This document shows, piece after piece, positions 1 to 12,268 of a stretch of 64,000 nt of DNA (the first letter of the stretch is position 1; each line of letters starts with the position of its first letter). Source of the stretch: the human T2T-CHM13v2.0 reference genome, Homo sapiens. The stretch lies in NCBI RefSeq assembly GCF_009914755.1, contig NC_060947.1; one strand, written 5' to 3'. A program made the translations under genes and the position numbers. The notes under the pieces were generated by a model. That model saw only the letters and a list, made by a program, of their open reading frames with translations, made no database searches and was not told the DNA's origin.

Positions 1-186
1 GATATTAGAGCCCTAATCTTCTCTCCATTGCTTCTCTTATTTTCTGTCAGCTGTAATTTACTTTGCATTGTCAATATTGATGTTCATATTGACATCATTT
101 TCATTTTGAACTGTAGTCTTAGTTAGATATTTATAACAACCTTTATGATACCACAGATTTATAATTACTGTTCACTAGAGAGGTAA

Positions 187-543
187 TGATATGGTTTGGC
201 TGTGTCTCCACCCAAATCTCATCTTGAATTCCCACATGTTGTTGGAGGGACCTGGTGGGAGGTAATTGAATCATGGGAATAGGTCTTTCCTGTGCTGGTC
301 TCATGATAGTGAATAAGTCTCACGAGATCTGATGGTTTTAAAAAGGAGAGTTCACCAGCACAAGATCTCTCTCTTTGCCTGCTGCCATCCATGTAAGACA
401 AGATTTGCTTCTCCTTGCCTTCCAACATGATTGTGAGGCTTCCCCAGCCACGTGGAACTGGAAGTCCAATTAAACTTCTTTCCTGTGTAAATTGCCCAGT
501 CTCTAGTACGTCTTTATCAACAGTGTCAAAAAGGGCTAATACA
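187..543 (+). mobile_element. THE1A 5' LTR
   Basis: TG...CA termini. Contains TAATTGAATCA (263-273), a TATA-like TTTTAAAAA and an ATTAAA poly(A) signal. The 357-bp length fits THE1A. Confidence 0.9.
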
Positions 544-2114
544 TTAAATTGGTATTGGGGGTGGGGCACTGCTGAAAAGATACCCGAAAATGTGAAAGCA
601 ACTTTGGAACTGGGTAACAGGCAGAGGTTGGAACAGTTTGGAAGGCTCAGAAGAAGACAGGAAAAGGTGAGAAAGTTTTGAGCTCTCTAGAGACTTGTCA
701 AATGGCTTGATCAAAATGCTGATAACGAGATGCACAATGAAATCCAGGCTAAGGTGGTCTCAGATGGAGATGAGGAACTTGTTGGGAACTGGAGCAAAGG
801 TGACTCATGTTTTAGCAAAGAGACTGACAGCATTTTGCCTCTGCCCTAGAGATTTGTGGAACATTGAACTTGAGAGAGATGGTTTAGAGTATCTGGTTGA
901 AGACACTTCTAGGCAGCAAAGCATTCAAGATATGACTTGGGTGCTATTAAAGGCATTTTGTTTTATAAGGGAAGAGAGCATAAAAGTTTGGAAAATTTGC
1001 AGCCTGACAATGAGATAGAAAAGAAAATCCCATTGTCTGAGGAGAAATTCAAGTGGGCTGCAAAAATGTTCATAACTAACAAGGAGCCCAATGTTAATCC
1101 CCAAGGCAATGGGAAAAATATCTCCAGGGCATGTCAGAGTTCTTCACAGCAGCCTTTTCCATCGCAGGCCCTGAGGCCTAGGAGGAAAAAGTGGTTTTAT
1201 GGGCCAGGTCCAGGGTCCCTGTGCTGTATGCAGCCTAGGAAGTTGCTGTCCTGTGTTCCTGCTGCTCCAGCTGTGACTGAAGAGGGCCAATGTAGATAGA
1301 GCTTGAACCATGGCTTCAGAGGGTAAAAACCTCAAGCCTTGGCAGCTTCCACAGGGTCTTGAGCCTGCCAATGTACATAAGTCAAGAATTGGGATTTGGG
1401 AACCTCTGCTTAGACTTCTGAAGATGTAAGGAACACCTGGATGCCCAGGTAGAAGTTTGCTCTAGAGCCTCTGCTAGGGGAGTGCAGAAGGGAAATTTGG
1501 GGTTGGAGCCCCCACACAGAGTCTCTACTGGGGCACTGCCTAGTGAAGCTGTGAGAGGAGGGCCACCATCCTCCAGACCCCAGAATGGTAGATCCACTGA
1601 CAGCTTGCACCACATGCCTGGAAAAGCCACAGACACTCAATGCCAGCCCATTAAGGCAGCTGGGATGGAGGCTGTACCCTGCAAAGCCACGGGGGTGGAG
1701 CTGCCCAAGACTATGAGAACCTACCTCTTGCATCAGCATGACCTGCATGTGACATGGAGTCAAAGGAGATCATCTTGGAACTTTAAGATTTGATTGCCCT
1801 GCTGGGTTTTGGACTAGCACAGGGACTGTAGTCCCTTGCTCTGGCCAATTTCTCTCACTTCGAATAGCTGTATTTACCCAATGCTTGTACCCACCATTAT
1901 ATCTAGGAATTAACTAACATGCTTTTGATTTTACAGGCTCCTAAATGAAAGGGACTTGCCTTGTCTCAGATGAGACTTTGGACTGTGGACTTTGAGTTAA
2001 TGCTGAAATGAGTTGAGATTATGGGGGACGGTTGGGAGGGCAACCGTCTTGTTGTTTCAAAACCGTGGTTTTGAAATGTGAGGACATGAGATTTCGGAAG
2101 TGCCGTGAGAGGAA

Positions 2115-2467
2115 TTCTATGGTTTGCTGGTGTCCTCCAATCTCATCTTGAATTCCCACGTGTTGTGGGAGGTACCCAGTAGGAGGTAATTGAATCATGA
2201 GGGCAGGTTTTTTCCACGCTTTTCTCGTGATAGTGAGTAAGTCTCATGAGATCTGATCATTTTAAAAAGAGGAGTTCTCCTACACAAGCTCTCTCTCTCT
2301 GCCTGCTGCCATACATGTAAGATGTGACTTGCTCCTCTTTGCCTTCTGCCATGATTGTGAGGCTTCTCCAGCCATGTGGAACTGTAAGTCCAATTAAACC
2401 TCTTTCCTTTGTAAATTTTCCGGTCTCTGGTATGTCTTCATCAGCTGCACGAAAGCAGATTAACACA
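2115..2467 (+). mobile_element. THE1A 3' LTR
   Basis: Homologous to 187-543, with the first ~30 nt heavily mutated. Ends in CA followed by the TSD. Confidence 0.88.
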
Positions 2468-3339
2468 GGTAAGTAATGTGATAGGATTCTATTTCCCTTT
2501 TTATTGGCCCAATGTCATGATCTTTATGCCACTCAGAGGAGACTATTATTTCTTCTTTAAATGAGGAGAGTTCATTCCTCATAATATGAAGTATTATTCA
2601 GAAATGATACATAATGTATAAATGCAGAAAAACCATTGACAAACTTAATACTTTAATTATTGGACTACAAATGTTTATTTTCTAAGTAGCTATACTATGT
2701 AGCAAAACTCATGTAGCACCCTGAAAGGATATAATCCAATTTGCTCTTAAAAATAAGGTTTAACCTTTGATGACTGTGGTTAAAATTATACTTATTCTTT
2801 ACCATTTGAATTTAGAAATGATGGTTGCAATTTGTCATTTTGATGAAATGAAAAAAATGGCACCACTTATATAAACTACTTTTTAAAAAGTAGATTTCTT
2901 TCAATTCCATTCTTGTTCATTCTTTGGTTCCATGTGAGTGTTCTTTTTCCCACAACATTTTTTTTGTTCAAGATGTGAACAGAAATAGAATGAAATAGAA
3001 TATCAACTCTTAATTTATGCAGTGAATTGAGCAATAAATTATTTAGTGCAGTGAGAATTAATTTGTAATCTCACAATGATGTACACAGTCTTACTTATGT
3101 ACATGCATGTGATAGAAAAAAACAATAATTGTGAACTACTAAATTCCAGGTCTATTTGCTATATTTGTCACAAACTTCAGAAAATAAGAAAAGTCAAAAC
3201 ATATTTGTTCTCTGGAAACACAACATTTTCCACCAAATAAAAAATAATCTGATTATGGTGAGTTCTATTTGCTTCTTCTAAGGGGGCCCAGTGAGTCAAA
3301 AATTATATATTAAGAGAGGATCACACTCAAAATTGATAT

Positions 3340-3548
3340 GATGTAAAGATGGAAATAACAGACACTGGGGATTCCAAAAAGGGAGAAGGTGACAGGAGGT
3401 TGAGGGTTCAAAAATTACCTGTTGGGTTCAATGTTCACTATTTAGGTGATGAGAACACTGGAAGCCCAATCTTCATCATTACACAATATACCCATGTAAT
3501 AGTCATGCACATATACCCCTTTGATAGAAAATACATTTTTAAAAAAAT
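3340..3548 (+). mobile_element. Old L1 3'-end fragment (L1PB4-like)
   Basis: GACACTGGGGATTCCAAAAAGGG...AAAATTACCT...GAAGCCCAA...ATGCACATATACCCC followed by an A-rich tail, typical of L1PB 3'UTRs. Confidence 0.75.
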
Positions 3549-5619
3549 TATGTGATCAAAAGATGTATTCCCACTTAATCTCATTCATTTATATGAATAA
3601 AAATAAACATATAAAATTGAAATAGAAACATAAAATAAACATGAACCCTGGCTTATAAATATTTACTTTTGTAATGCTGAACAAAAAGTCAAACATCAAA
3701 AATGTTTTAGTTATAGCCAGTTCTGTGGTGGTTATATGGAATATGATAAAAGATCAGCTATTTGTTAATAGGTAGGAAAATGGCAAAGTCTTCAACAATA
3801 CATTTACTTATTGTACATTTTACTTGCATCCAATGATTTTATATACAATAATTCGGATTCCACAGAATCATTTCTCTCTCCTGAATATGATATTAGTTTC
3901 CAAAAGCAGATCAGCCAACCAACCAGTCGTACCACAAAGGGGTGTTACATTCCATTCTAGTAATTATTTTATTTTCTTATGTTTTGTACATTTTGTATAA
4001 AAACAAAATCAAGTAATGCCTTCTGAGAAAAAATTATGCTAAAAACTCCTGTCTTGAATAAATTTAATGATTTCAACTGATGAATTCACAGCTTGAGAAA
4101 GGAGATTACATCATTATGTGGAGAATATAAATCAATAACATCATTCTATTTTTTATTTCAAATGAGGACCATGCAAATTAATTATAAAAAATAGAAGATC
4201 TTCAGTTAGCTCTGAAAACGGTGCTGTAGCAATCACAAATTTCCTAAAAAACCTGTCTTTATTAAATTTTCAGATTAAGTTTCAAATGCCAACCTTAAAG
4301 ATGCCATCCAAATCCCTGCTTGAATAATGCTAGTAATGTTGCATAAACACTCCTAAGCTTTATAAAGTAGGCTATATTCACTAATACTTATTTAAACAGA
4401 TAATTCCTTTTCTTTTTTTCTATGTATTATCTAAAGAGCTAGTATGCTCCACTTCTAAGATATTCTTGTATATCCTAAATCTAATGATTTCAAGGAGAGT
4501 GACTAGCATTGCCACAGATGTTTGTAGAATTTTAAATGTTGCTAATTAATGAAGAGAATAAGACCAGTGCTGTGAACAAAAACACAAAGCAAAACAAAAC
4601 GCCCACTGTGATTGCTTCACCATTCATTAGCCCAGGACATCAACATCTTTTTCACAAGTTGTATTCCAGCACAGTGGAGATACTGATTAAAGGGTCATCC
4701 ATATGTTAGCAATATGGATAACCTGCTGAGCAACAAGAGTGAATTCTACAGGTCAAATGACAAATTTATTTTGTGATTGTGAATAACTTCACATTTCGAC
4801 GTTTTCTACACAGTTGCATTAGTGAAGTCATGTACAATTTTTCTTAGAAAGAAGCACAGTCAAGAGTTTTTATTATTTTAAGAATAAATGTGAAAAACAA
4901 ATCGATTTGTACATTGAAGTCATTCTAATCTTTAAGACTCCAGTAATAAATTTCTAATTAAAAACCTCAAGTTAGCCCCTGACTGGGCAGCTCTCCATCC
5001 CAATTGGTTTATATATACATTATCTGCATCATCACCTAAACAAAATCTAAAGCAGAATACATTTTCATGTTCTAAAAAGTTTACAGACTATTTTGGAAAC
5101 AAACATCATGAAATTAAATGAGATAAATCAATATATCCACAGGAGCAAAGAAGCCACTGAAAACTTAATTTGAGTACTAAGGGAATGTAGAGTAATTACT
5201 GAGTTTATCCTCTCAAGGCCCTCTTTCCCATAGGACCCCAAAATCTCCATTTCTAGTCCTGGCTTATCATCCTCTTTCTGTTCCTTTATGTCCCATTGCT
5301 CAAGTAATCTCATGACTTTTGTTGTCCTTTAATACCAGAACAAGGCAGAGAACCTTAAACAGGAGAGAACTTTACTCAATTTCTTCATTCCACTTACTGG
5401 CATTGCATTCTTTTATCTTTCTCAGCATCGCAGTTTGTGAGAATTTTTTTTTTTAATAAACTTTTCTCTCTTCCTCTTGAATCACAACAAATCCACTTTT
5501 TTGTTCAACAAGGATTTTTCTTTCTTTGCAATATCTCTGTAATTAATTTTATACTTTACTTTTCTATATTTACTATGGTAATACTATCTTTCATGGCTGG
5601 ATTAACCGAAGCTTCTGTC

Positions 5620-5760
5620 TTCCTCAGATAATATCACATCACTCTCCCTCATCCTGATTTAAAAAGCTATACTGACTCCCTCTTGCCTACATTATCAAAT
5701 AGAAATTCCACAGACTGACATCAAAGGTCTTCCTGTCCTGCCTCATTTGCCTCTCCATCA
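5620..5760 (+). mobile_element. L2 (LINE-2) relic
   Basis: Degenerate similarity to the L2 3' region (ACTCCCTCTTGCCTAC...AAATTCCA...TCAAAGGTCTTCC). Confidence 0.45.
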
Positions 5761-7157
5761 TTTTTGAAATTTATTTGTAATCAAACAAATTCTTTAATGT
5801 AAATATGTGAATCACTTGACATTTGCACAGGTAGTTTATGAAAACACTCAAGTTAGCACTTGCTCTTATGGTTCTCCTGGATCAGGATATGCTGTCTGCT
5901 AATCTACGTCCTCTCAATGAAACCAGTTCATGTTTATCATGAATTTTCTGAAATATACAAGGCCATTTTTCAGTGAAACTTTCATCAACCTTGACACACT
6001 CCAAACATTCCTGTCTTTCGTGTTTCTCCAGCAATTAAGTATTCAGTTTAATAAACTACATTCTCCATTGTTTGGGGATTATGTTACAAATCCCAGGAAG
6101 ACAAAAAGTCCTGTCATGGTGTATTGAGACATACTGACTCATCTAAAAAAGGAGGAGATGAGGGATAAAAAAAGGTGTCTGCTTTTTCTCTCTTGTCTGC
6201 TTCTCCTCCCAAAGTAGGTTACGGCACAGATAGATAGGTGACACTGTCACCTGTCTGTTAGTTTAGTCTAGTAGTAATAGACAAAATGGAGAAACCAAAT
6301 TGGAAAGCCTAAATGAAGTGACTTTTCCTGGCCTGGAGAAAGCTGAAATGTAAAAAGTTCAAATATTTCCTTAGAAGTCCTAATTTGATCTTCTCTGAAC
6401 TATAGCAGAGTTTCAATGGCATACAGATTGTTAACACTACAAAGTACACAAAATTTGTCATTGTCACCCTACCTTCTGTGTGGTTCTCCTGTTCCCTCAG
6501 TATGAAACTTCAGTGCCTATATGCTGCTTTCTAGCTGTCTTTCAGGCCTTCCCTGCACACCCTTCCCAACCCTACCCCTTGCCACCACCTAAAAAATAAA
6601 TGCTGTCACCGTGTTTTCCACTCAAACCAGAGAGCACATTTTTATCAGAGCTACAAAACCCTCAGAGAGGTATTACAATTGATTAAGGCATGAATGAGGA
6701 ACAATGCAAATTTGTATTTTATTTAAAAAAGCTTTTTAACCCAAATGAGACCCTAATTAGTAGAATGTGAAGCAGAAATATTGTTGAACAAGTTTAATGG
6801 AGGGAGTCTTCAAGTATATCTTTGCCTATACTTCCCCTAACCCTCCACTTTCCTGAAATGGCTACAGAATAATGTTCTTGGGTCTCTGCAAGTATACATC
6901 ACCTATCCTTACCACCATGCTAATCTGTGAAAGCACCTTTATTCCTATTTGGGTGCAATAAAACAGAGTATTTTGGGACCAATTATGTGTTGTACTGCAA
7001 ATATTCCAAAAAGTAGACTGACATATGTAATTGTAATATATTCTGTTTATCTTACTAAGTTTTCTAAGAGTTCTTCAATCAATTCGTGTATTGTCTCACT
7101 CTCACCTGTGACAGAGTAAGGGTACAAGAGAAGGGACTATTCTATAAGCACATGTGT

Positions 7158-7340
7158 AGCAGTGTGTTAAAGGAAAGAAGATAAATTTGTACTCAAATGT
7201 TCCTTGATTGGAATTCTAAGTTCTGCCACTTACAAGCTGTGTTACATGGCAATTTACTTAAGCCCAATAGGCTTTATTTTACCAGTCCATAGTGATCATA
7301 TCTACCTCAAGCAGTTGTTGTAAGGGTTAAATAAAATAGT
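7158..7340 (+). mobile_element. MIR SINE fragment
   Basis: TTCTGCCACTTACAAGCTGTG...TACTTAA...TACCTCA...GTTGTTGTAAGGGTTAAAT, the MIR core pattern. Confidence 0.65.
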
Positions 7341-7519
7341 ATTTAAAGTCAAATCTTAGCAAAGTAACTTTTCCTTATCGGAGACTCAATAACCTCCTCA
7401 AAACTTCCCTACTCCAGTCAGTCATCCTATCAATAATTTCCCTCCAGAATATCTGCTGCACTCTTGTAACCTCTCATTTTTTCTCTTTTTTTCTTGAAGA
7501 AACAGTGGGGCATGCCAGG

Positions 7520-7660
7520 AAGTATGTTGACCTTAGAACCAAATGTACCTGGGTATGAATTCCAGATATGCCATTTACCATTTGTGAACTTTGGCTAGTT
7601 ATAAACATGAGTCTATTTCCTCGTTAGCAAAATGGGATTAATGATATTACCTAACAGTGT
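7520..7660 (+). mobile_element. MIR SINE fragment
   Basis: ACCTGGGTATGAATTCCAG...GCCATTTAC...TTTCCTC...AAAATGGGATTAAT. Confidence 0.65.
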
Positions 7661-7849
7661 AAGAAGAGAAGAGAAACACAACACACACACACACATGCAT
7701 GCACACAGTTCCAGTTCATGAATGGTAGAGGAAGCCTTACCACTTCTCTAACTGCAGGCCCTCTAACCTTTATGATTAGATTTCTTTGACAGTTTCACAT
7801 GGAGCCTTTACAATTCATTTTTTTTTTCTCATTCTGATAATTCTGCTAA

Positions 7850-8385
7850 AAACTTCTCTTATAGTTAGAATAAATTCCAAACTCTGTATCACGGCCTGTA
7901 AGGCACCATGTGATCTTATCTTTGCTTACTTCTACCATATCATCTCTTGCTACTCTTTTCTTTGCTCTTCAAGTTATAGCCACAGAAGCCTTCTTTCAGT
8001 TTCAGCAACATGTAAAGCTTTGGAACCTTACGGCCTTTGCAGATACCTTTCTTTTTGGCTGTAGGGTATTCTTCCTTCTCTCCCAAAACTTTTTTGTACA
8101 TATCTTTTGTCTCATCTTTCTGGTCTTCTCATAAATGCCCTCCTCAAAGAGGTTTACTTGATTGCATAAACTAGATTAAGTGTCTCTGTTATTTATTTTA
8201 TTTTTTCTTATATCAAGCTATTATTTAATTTCATGTCACTTCAGTGTATAGCAATATATTTCCATTTGTTTGTCTGTTTTCTGTCTTTCCCTAGTAGACT
8301 ATTAGCTCTATTGAAGCAGAGGTCGTATCTGGTTTGTTTACTCAGAACCAAGCAGTTTCTGGCTAATGATAGATGTTCTTGGTTC
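7850..8385 (+). mobile_element. L2 3'-end relic
   Basis: AGAATAAATTCCAAACTC...GGCCTGTAAGGC and TAGACTATTAGCTC...GAAGCAGAG...CTGGC...TAGATGTTC resemble the L2 3' end. Confidence 0.6.
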
Positions 8386-8399
8386 TATCTTTTTCTCTT

Positions 8400-8613
8400 C
8401 AGTCTTCTCCACCCTCCTAATGTGTATAGAGTACAACACAGAGCAATTTTGCCTTTTATGTCTCAGGTAAATCCAGAAAATTTGGATTATCATCAGAAGA
8501 TTGGAAGGAAGAAGATGAGTGACTCAGGTTATTTATTCTCCTAGGCTCCTCCCTTCAGGGTCACTGCAAAATGGTTGCTTCCTTCGACCAGTGACCAAGT
8601 GACCTTTTACATC

Positions 8614-8644
<31 letters not shown>

Positions 8645-8852
8645 GTCTTGCTTTAAAGACTCCCTCCCATGGCTGTCACATCTGACAGAAGGGAGAGTTC
8701 AATAAACTCTTGAATACTACTAGCCCCTGTGTATTTCACTCTCTTGTGGTTTTCCTACACTCTGTTCATAGATAATTTTTTTTTTATTAAACTCTTCTCA
8801 AATTACCCAGTCGTGAGTGCCATTCTTTCCTGTCAGTACCCTGACAGATCTA
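8400..8852 (+). mobile_element. ERVL LTR relic (LTR33-like) containing a (CT)n tract
   Basis: 3' terminus TTATTAAACTCTTCTCAAATTACCCAG...GAGTGCCAT...TTTCCTG...ACCCTGAC resembles the LTR33 end. (CT)n at ~8611-8640. Left boundary is approximate. Confidence 0.6.
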
Positions 8853-8856
8853 CTGT

Positions 8857-9292
8857 GTGTCTGTTAGTCACTTACTGCTGCTGTAACAGATCACCACAAA
8901 CTCAGTCACTTAAAATGACACAGTTCTAGAAATCAGGAGTCTAAAATGAGTCTCACTGAGCTAAAATCAAGGCATTTGAAGGACTGAGTTTCTTCTGGAG
9001 GCTCTTCAAGACAGCACCCGCATTCCTTGGCTCAAGGACTCTTCAACGCACATCATTCCAACCTCCGCTTCTATTACCATATCTCCTTACTGGACCCTGA
9101 TCCTGCTTCCTTCTTATAAAGATGCTGTGGTTGCACTGGGACCACCCATATAATTCAAGATAATCTTCTCATCTCAAAATCATTAACTTAATCACATCTT
9201 CAAGGACCCTTTTGCCATCTAACGTGACACATTCACAGATTCTGTGAATGTCATGGACATATTTGGGGCAGGGGAAATATTCTGTCTAACAT
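8857..9292 (-). mobile_element. MLT1 (MLT1C/D-like) solo LTR
   Basis: CTGCTGCTGTAACAGATCACCACAAACT...GAGCTAAAATCAAGG...TTAACTTAATCACATCT...TTTTGCCAT matches the antisense of an MLT1 LTR. Confidence 0.8.
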
Positions 9293-9374
9293 AATGTCTA
9301 ATGATTATTTACTGAATAAATAAATATCACTATCAGAATAACCTTCTCAAATAGCCCTTTACTCCTCCTTATCT

Positions 9375-9610
9375 TAGCTAATATTTATTGAATGTTTACT
9401 GTTTTCAAGACTCTATGCAAATAGAATTATATACACAATCTCTTTTAATCTTCAAAACAAACCTATGTAGTGGATATTATGAATTTTCCTATTTTATAGC
9501 TGAGGAAACTGAGGACAGAAGAATTAAGTTACTAGCCCAATGTTGCACATATAGTAAGCAGCAGTATTGGAATGCAAACCCTGCTTTTTCTGACTGAAAT
9601 ATCCATTATT
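9375..9610 (-). mobile_element. MIR SINE
   Basis: CCTATTTTATAGCTGAGGAAACTGAGGACAGA is the antisense MIR core. Confidence 0.85.
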
Positions 9611-9702
9611 GGTCTAAGTTTGGTTAACTGAGGACATGGTGAACAAGCCTAATGCCTCTTCTACATAACATATGTCAAAATATTTTAAGACAAAGAATAG
9701 CT

Positions 9703-12268
9703 GAGGAGTGCAAAGATGACTGACTAGAAGCAGCTAATCTTTCTGCTCTCACAGAGAGAAGAAAGAGTGGCAAATGAACACTAGCTCTTCAACTGGATTG
9801 TCCATGTGGGTACATTGGTATTTATCAAGGGAGTAATGAAACCCATGGATAACAGAGAGGAGGAAGACAGAACAGCTGCCAACCCAGGATTGGTGCAGAG
9901 CTAGGCGAGGCTTCCCACTGCTGGGAAATGATGAGTGAGTGAGAATCCTTGGGGAACCACATTTTTTTGCTGTGGACCTTTACATCTCTGGGTTCAGGAT
10001 ATTCTCCATGACCATCCTTCACTGGGGCCTCCAGACTGACACAGAGAGATATATGGAGTCAGCCACATCTCAGACACATGCAGAGACTTGGGGCCTTGAA
10101 CCCCTGGGCACCCTGGTGCCAGCTGCAGCAATTCAGGAAACGGGGAAGGATGGGCTCCCTCACACACCCACAAAGTAGAGGCCAAATCTATGGGGCTGAG
10201 CAGTGGACAGACTGCAGGTTTCACCTCCACTGCACCTTGCCAGACAGGGCCACTGGCCTGGGACCTTAGAATGGTTGGCCCAGCCCCACCTTAGCTCTTG
10301 GGTTGGTTAGCAGCTCTGCTCTTCCCTGGGATGAAGCTCCCAGTGGTAGCAAGTGGACCCACCAGTTTTGCTGCTCCACAGCTCCCTCTTCTCCTGCCCT
10401 CAAGTTCAAGAGGAAGCAGAGTGATTAACAACTAACATGGGCCTCCAGCACAGCAAAACTGCCTTATAGAAAAGTGACCAGACTGTTTTCCACGTGGTCC
10501 CTGCCCTTGCTACTCCGCAATGGGCAGGGCCTCCTGACCTGGCACCCCAGCTGTCCCACTCCCCAGCCTGGGTTTTCAGACAAGTAGCAACTCTGCACTT
10601 CCCTGGAATGGTGTGCCCACTATTGGCAGGTGGGCACCACTGGCAGGTGGGCACCATTTTTCTGCTCTGTAGATCCCACCCCATCTGCCTCCAGGCTCAG
10701 GAAGGAGCAGAGAGATTAAGGACTAATTTGGACCTCCAGCACAATGCAGTTGCCTTACCAGAAAGGGGCCAGACATTTTTCCATGTGAGTCCCTGCCTCG
10801 TTCCTCTTCATTGGGCCTTTCGTTATGCTCCTCAGCATAACCATCCTGCCCCTGCATAAACACTTCTTTCAATGGCAGCTCTGTGATGCCACCTTTATTC
10901 AATGGTACTCTGTAGTGGTACCACCTTTACTGACCTCAGAATGAGGAGAAACAAAAGACCTGATCACATCATGGCACACCACAGCCACAATAAAGAGAGA
11001 AGCCTAGTCTCTCTTCCCTGTTGAGTTCCCATCCCCATTTTCCACCAAGCATGGCCCCAGACATGGCCCCATGGCAGAGAAGCTGCCCCACCACTGACTG
11101 AACATTCCCACCGGTAGTGGCTCTGTGTTTCTCTGGGGTGGAGGTCTCAAAGGCAAATGAAAGTTTCTCTGCTACTGCCACTGCAGTGGTTCTGCCCTTG
11201 ATGCCTTTGGACTAGGATAGAAACAGAGAGCCTGAGGGCATTACTCACACCTCCAGCACACCACAGTCACCATATGGAGGGGAACCCAGTCTCTCTTCCT
11301 TGTAAGCTCCAAACCCTTTGCTCCTCACCAAGCAGGGCCTGCAGCAATGCTGCCCTCCCCACTGGCTGAACATTTCCATTGGCAGCAGCTCTCTGTTTTT
11401 CTGGGGTGGAGATCCCAAAGGCAAATGAAATTTTTTCTGTCATTACCAATACAGTGGTACAGCCTTGCTCCCCTTGGACTGGGAAAGAAACAAAGATGCT
11501 GAGTGCTGCATCCACAACACCCTTATCTGATTGCTTTCATTGGTAGCAGCTTTGCCTTTCTATAGGGTACAGCCCCAAGAGACAAGTGAAAGGAACTCTG
11601 CTATTGCCACTACCAAGGTCCCTGCCCCTGCTGGCCTCAATCTGGGGAGAAAACATAAAGGCTTAAATTGCTCCAAGGCTGCAGAGTGCAGCCTGGGAGT
11701 GCCAAGCCAAGATCTGCAGCAAGCACACAAGTGGGAGAGGAGCCCACAATCACAGAGCGCTGCCAGGGAGAACAGCTGCAAATACAAGGAAATAAATGGA
11801 ATGAAATGAGCCACATGGCTGAGGAAAAGCCTACCTATTGGCCATTACACTTAAGCACCATCTACTGGATCACAGCCCAAACTTCAACACCAAAAATGCT
11901 TTGCTTTTATAATCCCCTTGAAACAAAGGACAAGAATTCAACTACAGAATTCAGCTAAAGACCCTGTACAAAACATCAGCCCTCTGAAGAAGTCAACTGA
12001 CTGAACTCAAAATATACCTCAGTTAAAAGAATATCATCCCACACGGATGAGAAAGAACCAGTGCAAGAATCTGGCAACTCAAAAAGGCAGTGTCTTTTTT
12101 CCTCCAATGACAACACTAGCTCCTAAGCAATGGTTCTTAACCCAGCTGAAATCACTGAAATGACAGACATAGAATTCAGAATATGGATAGAAAATCACTG
12201 ACATTCAGGGGAAAGTCAAAACCCAACCAAAGAAATCTAAGGATTACAGTAATACAATACAGGAGCTG
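9703..12268 (+). mobile_element. Old primate L1 (L1PA15/16-like): 5'UTR and start of ORF1. Host element, part 1
   Basis: Starts CAAAGATGACTGACTAGAAGCAGCTA. GC-richer 5'UTR with tandem monomers. ORF1 start region ATGAGAAAGAACCAG near 12047. Confidence 0.8.

Larger units (their letters stand above)
187..2467 (+). mobile_element. Full-length THE1A-type MaLR (ERVL-MaLR) provirus: LTR-internal-LTR
   Basis: Starts TGATATGGTTTGGCTGTG at 187 and ends ...TAACACA at 2467. It is flanked by the 5-bp TSD GGTAA (182-186, 2468-2472). Two ~355-bp LTRs enclose ~1.57 kb of THE1 internal sequence. Confidence 0.93.

Noticed and set aside
219-2466. Overlapping 60-120 aa ORFs
   Set aside because: All lie inside the THE1A provirus. 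They are fragmented and have no host-gene structure.
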